A DNA stretch of 64,000 bases, taken from positions 20,764 through 84,763 of the forward strand of contig JAHCHW010000003.1 in the NCBI GenBank assembly GCA_026129525.1, written 5' to 3'. Both the position numbers and the translations under genes were made by a program. Source of the DNA: Chitinophagales bacterium (GTDB lineage: Bacteria; Bacteroidota; Bacteroidia; Chitinophagales; LD1). A model generated the notes under the pieces. The model made no database searches, was not told where the DNA came from, and worked only from the letters and a program-made list of their open reading frames with translations. Below, piece after piece: positions 57,428 to 63,461 of this stretch (position 1 is the first letter of the stretch; each line of letters opens with the position of its first letter).

Positions 57428-58326
57428 ATCAACCACATTATAACAACAATAATTATTACAACTACAATCGCCCAAAGAATGGTAATTCGTTTAACAGCTT
57501 CAGATGCTTCGGCTTCCAGTTTTGCCGTAACTGCATCTATTTCCGGCTGCATGGCGTTCATGGCTGTTGTGCCCGGATTGTAGCTGCTAATGTTAGGACC
57601 GTTTCCACCGCAGGCATAAGGGCGCTCGTTAGGCGGAATCACATCGCCATTTTCGTAGTATAAATTGTCGCAAAATTTGCGGGCATCTTCAAAAAAATTA
57701 AGGCCACCTCGATACGGAGAAGAGTAGGAGTATAACATGCGTAATGTTACAGGCTGCAGAGTGCCGTAGTATACACCGTTAATATATTTACTGCTGTAGC
57801 CGGTCCATTTATCGCAGTCGCCTTCGTCTGCTGCTTTCTGTGCCAGTTGTTGTCCAAGAATATTCGCATATGCGTTATATGGATTATTAGGATTAGTACT
57901 TGTATATGCTCCGTAAGATAAGCTACCGCCAGTGGGCGAACAACCAGTATTAGCTTGAAACACCGCATTTCTCCAATCGGGCCAGCCCAATGTGTTGCTG
58001 CCGGGAATTTTACCGATAAGAGGCGCCCTAAAGTATGCAGCAGGCTGTCCTACGACTTGCATTCTGCTTTCGTAATCTGATTTGCTGTTAGGTAAGTTTT
58101 GATATTGATTGGATGTTATCAGGCAATACCCCTTGCACAGCTGCGCCTGGGTGGTACCTGCACCAAACCATTGCTCACAGGCATTGCGGCACCGCCCTTC
58201 GCGGTATTGCGTTTTTTTAGTCGCCATGCAGTAACCTATGTTGCCGTTGCATTTGCACACGTCATTGCACATCGCTTGGTAGTCGAGCGTCAGATTAATT
58301 CCGGAACCGGATTCTCCCCAGGGCAT
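57418..58326 (-). CDS. Cys-rich tail-anchored protein
   Basis: 302 aa. About 13 Cys sit in the soluble part, clustered near the N-terminus (CNDVCKCNGNIGYC, CRNACEQW, CKGYC). Also Asn/Tyr/Gly-rich, with a coiled-coil segment and a C-terminal TM helix. Confidence 0.55.
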   Translation of the reverse strand: MPWGESGSGINLTLDYQAMCNDVCKCNGNIGYCMATKKTQYREGRCRNACEQWFGAGTTQAQLCKGYCLITSNQYQNLPNSKSDYESRMQVVGQPAAYFRAPLIGKIPGSNTLGWPDWRNAVFQANTGCSPTGGSLSYGAYTSTNPNNPYNAYANILGQQLAQKAADEGDCDKWTGYSSKYINGVYYGTLQPVTLRMLYSYSSPYRGGLNFFEDARKFCDNLYYENGDVIPPNERPYACGGNGPNISSYNPGTTAMNAMQPEIDAVTAKLEAEASEAVKRITILWAIVVVIIIVVIMWLIWR

Positions 58327-58330
58327 AGTA

Positions 58331-58531
58331 CTACGCAGCTTTCTTTTTACTGAGCCGCTTTTTTTTCTTTATGTAACCATCAATCATTTCAGCGTCTGTT
58401 TTTTGGCGGTTAGCGGCAGTATAACCGTCCTGTTCATCGGTTAAAAAATCAGAAGCGTTAGCCACTTTATATCCTTTTGAGATAAGTTTTGTATTCTTCT
58501 TTCCGGAGGTTCGTTTTCCACGCTGTGACAT
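58331..58531 (-). CDS. Possible antitoxin partner of BrnT (uncertain start)
   Basis: The 66-aa ORF overlaps brnT by 65 nt. An alternative GTG at 58465, 1 nt after the brnT stop, gives a 44-aa acidic-then-basic peptide. No RHH motif recognised. Confidence 0.3.
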   Translation of the reverse strand: MSQRGKRTSGKKNTKLISKGYKVANASDFLTDEQDGYTAANRQKTDAEMIDGYIKKKKRLSKKKAA

Positions 58532-58766
58532 ACCTTATTTTTTTCTTACGCTTAGTGAAGATAACCGTAAGTATTCTGCCCCGCAAATCGCGACCGACAA
58601 TTTTCCATCTTCTTTCTGCCGGGTGCGGGCTTGGTTTACTAAAAGCATACTTATCATCAAACACATGTTCTATGTCTTTTTGCGAAATATCTCTATCTGC
58701 ATTTATCACATTCAGCTTATACAAATTGCCTGCATCCCATTCAAATTTCAGCGGCATCTTTATCAT
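58467..58766 (-). CDS. brnT: BrnT-family (DUF497) toxin
   Basis: 99 aa starting with FEWDAGN. The KIVGRDLRGRILTVIFTKR...YVTAWKTNLRKEEYKTY tail matches the BrnT pattern. Its ATG abuts the lysozyme stop (TAAATG). Confidence 0.7.
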   Translation of the reverse strand: MIKMPLKFEWDAGNLYKLNVINADRDISQKDIEHVFDDKYAFSKPSPHPAERRWKIVGRDLRGRILTVIFTKRKKKIRYVTAWKTNLRKEEYKTYLKRI

Positions 58767-59309
58767 TTAGGCAAAATTTCCCCCGTTGCCGGTGTACACC
58801 TGTTTAAGCTGTGCCATTGTTTTAGTGGGCTGTCCGTAGGGCGCTCCCGGGAGCGAAGCCCACACTGTGTTCACTTTGGCAATAGCGGTTTCGAATCGCC
58901 CTTCCGTTACATCATTTAAGGCGTTTTTTCTGCGTATCAGTTCAATGGCGCCCTTATCCTGGTTGGCGGGGCTAAAGTCGTTTAAACCAAGCGCCAGGCG
59001 CAAATCGTCCCATGTAGCGGAAAGGAACTGATAAGCGCCTGCGGCAGTGCTGCACAAGCTTCCGGAACAATTAAGTTGGCGAGGGTGGTCGGTGTATGAA
59101 TCGAACAGTTTGCCGGTAAACATAGTGCGGTAGCCGTTGGCTCCATCGGTGCCTTCGGCATATCGGATAGCTTTGAGAAAAGCCTGCACATTATAGTTGG
59201 TGGCGCTCTGCTCTACTAATTGAGTGGCTTGGTAGCGCTCATAGTAAAGCCATCCGGCAAAAACTGCCAGAAAAATAACAATGGCTATGATGATATAGCG
59301 GGGAGTCAT
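58767..59309 (-). CDS. Lambda R-like lytic transglycosylase (GH104) with N-terminal membrane anchor
   Basis: AFLKAIRYAEGTD, FDSYTDHPR, STAAGAYQFLSATWDDLRLALGLNDFSPANQD and VWASLPGAPYGQ align block for block with phage lambda endolysin R. The N-terminal IIIAIVIFLAVFAGWLYY is a signal-anchor-like helix. Confidence 0.9.
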   Translation of the reverse strand: MTPRYIIIAIVIFLAVFAGWLYYERYQATQLVEQSATNYNVQAFLKAIRYAEGTDGANGYRTMFTGKLFDSYTDHPRQLNCSGSLCSTAAGAYQFLSATWDDLRLALGLNDFSPANQDKGAIELIRRKNALNDVTEGRFETAIAKVNTVWASLPGAPYGQPTKTMAQLKQVYTGNGGNFA

Positions 59310-59755
59310 GATACGGGCCCTTTGCTTTTTATAAGCGCATAAGCCTTATCAATTTGCCCTGAGTCGAACGATACACTTGAGCCGATGCCCGTTAAAAAAA
59401 ACTGCACATTATAGCTGGCAGCTACTAACCCCCAGAAGTCCCGTCCCATGGCTACGGTTAGCAGGAAAATATCCTCATCGCTGGCTGCCGTAAAAGTAAA
59501 GTTGGTGAGGTCCGGAAGCTCAAGCAGTTCCGTAGTGGCGCTGTTAATGCCAAAAATACTAACGGGCACTTTATCTGCGAGAGAATCAAAAGCAATTAAA
59601 TTGGTGCCGGGTGCGGGAGTTGTAATTGGCAGCGGAACGAATGTGAGCGATCTGTAGCCCAGTATGCCAAAATTGATGGCATCGCCTATGCCTGTGTTAG
59701 CGGCTTCTAACAGTTCTAAGATTCTGGTAATTTCCGGTTTTATCTGAACTCCCAT
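59306..59755 (-). CDS. Hypothetical soluble beta-rich protein
   Basis: 149 aa with no TM helix and alternating hydrophobic pattern. ATGA overlap with the lysozyme gene. Confidence 0.5.
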   Translation of the reverse strand: MGVQIKPEITRILELLEAANTGIGDAINFGILGYRSLTFVPLPITTPAPGTNLIAFDSLADKVPVSIFGINSATTELLELPDLTNFTFTAASDEDIFLLTVAMGRDFWGLVAASYNVQFFLTGIGSSVSFDSGQIDKAYALIKSKGPVS

Positions 59756-59758
59756 AAA

Positions 59759-59905
59759 TTATATTTGACCTATAAAGCGTTGCGCTAAAAATGCAACGAT
59801 GATGATGATAACAATAACAACAGCCAGCAGCAGCAGGCTTTCCTGTTCGAATCGGATTACAAGGTTTCCGTCCACCGTAAATTTGTCCGGGATAATAGGA
59901 TTCAT
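59759..59905 (-). CDS. 48-aa single-pass membrane peptide
   Basis: Hand-translated: MNPIIPDKFTVDGNLVIRFEQESLLLLAVVIVIIIIVAFLAQRFIGQI. Its ATG overlaps the upstream TGA (ATGA). It fills an otherwise empty gap in the operon. Confidence 0.45.
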   Translation of the reverse strand: MNPIIPDKFTVDGNLVIRFEQESLLLLAVVIVIIIIVAFLAQRFIGQI

Positions 59906-60369
59906 GTTTGCCAGGTAATAGTGGCAGTAATGCCGGTTTCGAAAATGTGATTATTAGAAGGCATACCTGTGTTGCCATTCATTGGCAGCACTGAGTAACC
60001 TTGCCAGGTATTATCATTAACACCTGCATCGGCATTAGGAGCGTTGGCGTATTGGTTAAGCGTGATTTCGGCTACGCCTTTTTTTGCGAGCAATGCGGCT
60101 TCGGTAACAGGTCCGAAAATGCCGTCAATGCTAACACCGAGCCATGCCTGCAGGAGCTTTACTTCGTTACCCGTAACTCCTTTACGCAGGATGCGGTTAA
60201 AATCTAAGTTTTGGGTATTGTCAAAAACGGTCCCGTTGCTTTCAGTGTTGTTTCCGGAAGGGGGTTTTGGACTTTGGTTTTTCTTCCAAAACATGAGCAG
60301 TAAAATGATAACTAGCAGCAAAACGGCTGCTGCTACCCAATACATAGTGTTATCTTTTTCTACTGCCAT
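59902..60369 (-). CDS. Membrane-anchored peptidoglycan-binding (PG_binding_1) protein
   Basis: 155 aa with an N-terminal TM helix and GVTGNEVKLLQAWLGVSIDGIFGPVTEAAL, which matches the PG_binding_1 consensus. Confidence 0.7.
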   Translation of the reverse strand: MAVEKDNTMYWVAAAVLLLVIILLLMFWKKNQSPKPPSGNNTESNGTVFDNTQNLDFNRILRKGVTGNEVKLLQAWLGVSIDGIFGPVTEAALLAKKGVAEITLNQYANAPNADAGVNDNTWQGYSVLPMNGNTGMPSNNHIFETGITATITWQT

Positions 60370-60608
60370 TAGAAACGAATTAGTCCATGATTTCCGGAAG
60401 GCATGCTACCTGTGAATACTGCATTACTTACCGGAAAGCCCCCATCAAAACCGGTGTTTGATTTGCTTTTACATCCGCAGCCGCCACCGCATTTACAGCC
60501 GTTGGGGTCGCGCATTACTTTAATTTGAATAAAGTAAGCAACCACTGCCATTACAATTAGCATGGCGATAACAGTAGCTACAACACGCAGAAATATTTCG
60601 TATAACAT
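60369..60608 (-). CDS. Small membrane protein with CKCGGGCGC motif
   Basis: 79 aa with an N-terminal TM helix and a Cys/Gly cluster. Stop/start overlaps at both ends. Confidence 0.5.
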   Translation of the reverse strand: MLYEIFLRVVATVIAMLIVMAVVAYFIQIKVMRDPNGCKCGGGCGCKSKSNTGFDGGFPVSNAVFTGSMPSGNHGLIRF

Positions 60609-61042
60609 CAGTTCAGATTTAAAGAGTTAAACCGGTCAAAAATCAGCTGAATAATATCGGTGGTTCCCCAGGGTGCTTGGTCAAGCCAGTAGCTTTCTCC
60701 CTGCATATCGGTTTTGAGAGAAACATTCTTTTCCTTCTTATACAGATTACACACTGCCACAAAAATTTTGTCGCTCGATGTGGCGAGTTCATTGTAAGCC
60801 GGCCAGTCGCGGAACAGCGGATTGGTTAAGCCGTAGATGTCGGCAATTAGCCGGTCGGTAATTGACTTTACTTTCGTTTTCTCAGCGTCCGTAAGCGGAT
60901 TGCCGGGATTATCTCCGGGAATGGCCGGGGCGGTAGAATCCTTACCTTTTTGTATAGCATAAAAGTAAGTGACCACCAATAGTATAATCACCACGACAAC
61001 AACCATGATGACTACCCAGTTTTTGGCAAAAAAATCTTTCAT
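60608..61042 (-). CDS. Single-pass membrane protein
   Basis: 144 aa with N-terminal TM helix WVVIMVVVVVIILLVV and a soluble C-terminal domain. Confidence 0.5.
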   Translation of the reverse strand: MKDFFAKNWVVIMVVVVVIILLVVTYFYAIQKGKDSTAPAIPGDNPGNPLTDAEKTKVKSITDRLIADIYGLTNPLFRDWPAYNELATSSDKIFVAVCNLYKKEKNVSLKTDMQGESYWLDQAPWGTTDIIQLIFDRFNSLNLN

Positions 61043-61051
61043 GCAGCATGT

Positions 61052-61474
61052 TTATGATGTTGCGTTAACAAAACTTCCCGTGGTTATTTCCCAGTGCGGT
61101 TTTTTAAAGCTGGCTTTACCGTATTGGGTAATGTCTTCCGCAAATTCATTTACGTTCTTGAGCGTAGGCTCAAGGTTCATTCCTTTCAGCCAGGCTCTGC
61201 CGTAGGCATCGCCATTGGAAATATTCTGCCAGTAAGTGCCTGGAATCAATTGTTGTAATTTAGTGATGGCATCTTCATTAAAACTATCCTTCCATGCGGT
61301 GTAGTTTCCGCTTTTGACTTTCTGAATTGTGCCGGCAGAGGCATACTGATTACCTTTTGCAGAATTGCGGAAAAAGAATGCCCAAACCAGCAGTATAATA
61401 ATGAGGATAACAACAATGGCAACTACAACCTTAGTGGTAGTGCTCCAACCTTCTTTCTTTTTTTCTTCAGCCAT
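61052..61474 (-). CDS. Single-pass membrane protein
   Basis: 140 aa with N-terminal TM helix VVVAIVVILIIILLVWAFFF and a soluble C-terminal domain. Confidence 0.5.
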   Translation of the reverse strand: MAEEKKKEGWSTTTKVVVAIVVILIIILLVWAFFFRNSAKGNQYASAGTIQKVKSGNYTAWKDSFNEDAITKLQQLIPGTYWQNISNGDAYGRAWLKGMNLEPTLKNVNEFAEDITQYGKASFKKPHWEITTGSFVNATS

Positions 61475-61484
61475 GGTAAATTAT

Positions 61485-61772
61485 TTACGGATAAGTAATT
61501 TGCTTGGTGGGCATGTAATTATGGAACGATAGCGGATCGTTATTGCCATGCGTAGGTTGCACTACAAACAACGTAATATGCGGGCTGTTTGGGTTATTGG
61601 CCAGTGTAACTGCATTCGGATAATTTTCTGTAGAAATTGTATCGTCACCATTCTTAACCGGTTTATCTCCGGAGTTACTCGAATTGGAGGCAGGCTGCTG
61701 ATTTTTTTTAGCCAAAGCAATCAACAGCAAAATGATGATGAGAATAACAAAGAGGATTACTGCTTTTTTCAT
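61485..61772 (-). CDS. Single-pass membrane protein
   Basis: 95 aa with N-terminal TM helix AVILFVILIIILLLIALA. Confidence 0.5.
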   Translation of the reverse strand: MKKAVILFVILIIILLLIALAKKNQQPASNSSNSGDKPVKNGDDTISTENYPNAVTLANNPNSPHITLFVVQPTHGNNDPLSFHNYMPTKQITYP

Positions 61773-62119
61773 TTTGCAGATTTTGTAGAGTTATAAATCA
61801 TAAAAGCAAACACAGCCATAATGATGATGATGAGCAACACAATAAGCACAATGGCGGTAGTGCTTAGTCCGGGTTGTTGCTGTTGTTGCTGCTGCGGTTG
61901 CTGCATTACAATAACCGGTGGTTGCCCGTAGGGAGAAGCCTGTCCGCTTTGGTTAGCTATGTAATTACTTCCGAACTGGAAGGCACTGCTTCCGATTGTA
62001 GAAAGCATGGAAAAAAAGCCGCCCAGCCAGCCCGTATTATCACCGCTTCCGGAAGGGGATGTAAAAGTGCCTGAAGGCTGTACTATAGAGAAGCTGTTTT
62101 GATTTGGGCCGTAAGACAT
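61769..62119 (-). CDS. Tail-anchored Gly/Ser/Gln-rich membrane protein
   Basis: 116 aa with a low-complexity N-terminal part, a Q7 run (QQQQQQQ within QQPQQQQQQQP) and C-terminal TM helix AIVLIVLLIIIIMAVFAFMI. Confidence 0.5.
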   Translation of the reverse strand: MSYGPNQNSFSIVQPSGTFTSPSGSGDNTGWLGGFFSMLSTIGSSAFQFGSNYIANQSGQASPYGQPPVIVMQQPQQQQQQQPGLSTTAIVLIVLLIIIIMAVFAFMIYNSTKSAK

Positions 62120-62132
62120 ATCGTTCTTTTTT

Positions 62133-62168
62133 TAGCAAAAAAGCCGACCGGAATTAACCGACCGGCTT
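62133..62168 (-). terminator. Hairpin plus U-run after the candidate capsid gene (attenuator/terminator)
   Basis: On the minus strand, an imperfect GCCGGTCGG / CCGGTCGGC stem (4+3 bp with an internal loop) is followed by tttttt, about 25 nt after the stop at 62195. Confidence 0.45.
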
Positions 62169-62194
62169 TAGTTGCGTTGTGAAAAAAAGTTTTA

Positions 62195-62824
62195 TCAGAA
62201 GTTACTGAAATAGGTCACGTTAAACAGAATGTCCAACTGCTTTTGAGCCGGCAGCGTTCCGCTGATGGCGAGGAAGCTGTTGAGGTAAAGCGTTGTTTTC
62301 ATAACGAGCAATTTTTGGTCGTTAGCGTAAGTATCACGCGCTAATTGAAAGTAATTTTTCAGCGATTTGGCGTTATAATCCTCAATGTTGCCATTCCAAA
62401 TTTTGATGTTGGTGCTCGAAATCATCGGCACGTCACTAAAGTCGAACATGGTTCCAATGCTGCCTATGTGCGTTCCTACCATCCACATTTGCAGAGCAGG
62501 GTAAGGCACACCTCCAGCAAAAGTGGTAGTAATCTCAATATCGGCTCCCGTGGGTGATGCGCCCGAAGCTTCGGCAATGCCGGCTACGTCAAACAACAGA
62601 AAGTCCTGCGGGTCGGTAGCGTGGTCGTTAAAAATGGAAACCGTCAACAGGCTTCCTTTCGGCATGTTGAAGATATCGTTTTGCGATATCAGAAACTGCT
62701 GTTGTTCGGCAGTAAGTTCTCTGCCGTCCGGTCCTTTTCTTCCGGCTTCTACACCGATTTCCTTCACGGAACTAACTAAGTGTTGCTTGTTGGTGAAGCA
62801 CATTGCTCCTGCGGGTGTTGGCAT
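62195..62824 (-). CDS. Candidate major structural (capsid-like) protein
   Basis: 209 aa from ATG 62824 (the ORF track starts at TTG 62848). Soluble and beta-rich. It is the second gene of the operon after the promoter and is followed by a hairpin/U-run. The functional call is inference only. Confidence 0.35.
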   Translation of the reverse strand: MPTPAGAMCFTNKQHLVSSVKEIGVEAGRKGPDGRELTAEQQQFLISQNDIFNMPKGSLLTVSIFNDHATDPQDFLLFDVAGIAEASGASPTGADIEITTTFAGGVPYPALQMWMVGTHIGSIGTMFDFSDVPMISSTNIKIWNGNIEDYNAKSLKNYFQLARDTYANDQKLLVMKTTLYLNSFLAISGTLPAQKQLDILFNVTYFSNF

Positions 62825-62848
62825 ACTATTTTTTTTATGGTTAAACAA

Positions 62849-63073
62849 TTAAGCCTTTACATACCAACCGCTGCCGTTGGGGTCGAGCTTCCACAGCTTT
62901 TGCTCATCGGAACTCAACTTATTGTAATCAGCAGGGCTGATGCTTCCCGATGGCGGATTGGGCGTCATGAATTTGTTCCAAAGCACAACCAGGATAACAA
63001 TGATGAGAAACACTACTAAGAGCGTAACCAGCATTTTGGTGTCAATGTATTCTGAAGCTTCTGCTGCTGCCAT
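62849..63073 (-). CDS. Single-pass membrane protein (first gene of the operon)
   Basis: 74 aa from ATG 63073 (MAAAEASEYIDTKMLVTLLVVFLIIVILVVLW...). Confidence 0.5.
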   Translation of the reverse strand: MAAAEASEYIDTKMLVTLLVVFLIIVILVVLWNKFMTPNPPSGSISPADYNKLSSDEQKLWKLDPNGSGWYVKA

Positions 63074-63130
63074 CTGAAAAATTTTTGTAGTGCAAATTTG
63101 AAGCATATAAAAACGTATAAACAAACGCCA

Positions 63131-63210
63131 ACGTGCGAGCGCGGCTCAACGCGGCTGAGTTTGGCGGAGCGCGTCTGAGTTTGGCGCAACACGTGCGAGC
63201 ACGGCTCAAC
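63131..63210. repeat. GC-rich A-B-B-A direct-repeat array (candidate operator or origin iterons)
   Basis: A1 is ACGTGCGAGCGCGGCTCAAC (63131-63150). B1 is CTGAGTTTGGCG (63155-63166). B2 is CTGAGTTTGGCG (63175-63186). A2 is ACGTGCGAGCACGGCTCAAC (63191-63210). Confidence 0.85.
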
Positions 63211-63218
63211 ACGCAAAA

Positions 63219-63461
63219 TTATATTTCGATGAAGAGAGCTTGCGGGTCGAGTGGATCGCCCAGGAGATACACGATGCATTTAACCTGTTCAGGAAGCAGG
63301 GAATGATGTCCTTTAATGTCGCTGAGATGCCGTGTTATATCTTTCGGAGTTTCTTCAGTTATACGTTCGCTTATGCGATTGAGTACCGTGTCCCATTTCC
63401 GGAAGCCGTAGGCCGTAGCAATGGTTGAGCGTTTAACTGATTTGTAGGCGCGGTTATTCAT
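63219..63461 (-). CDS. Hypothetical 80-aa protein
   Basis: The ORF start overlaps the upstream ATPase stop by 4 nt. No motif recognised. Confidence 0.45.
   Translation of the reverse strand: MNNRAYKSVKRSTIATAYGFRKWDTVLNRISERITEETPKDITRHLSDIKGHHSLLPEQVKCIVYLLGDPLDPQALFIEI

Noticed and set aside
61874-61904. TTG/CTG trinucleotide repeat (minus-strand CAA/CAG)
   Set aside because: It encodes the polyglutamine run (QQPQQQQQQQP) of the 116-aa membrane protein. It is short, imperfect and in frame, so it is not treated as an independent repeat feature.
63131-63210. CRISPR array
   Set aside because: There are only two repeat types, each present twice, with 8-nt spacers and no cas genes. No CRISPR-like array occurs anywhere in the window.
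63016-63279. 87-aa ORF spanning the A-B-B-A repeat array
   Set aside because: The reading frame is created by the GC-rich direct repeats (repetitive SRVEP.SHV peptide). It overlaps the better-supported 62849-63073 gene start and the promoter region.
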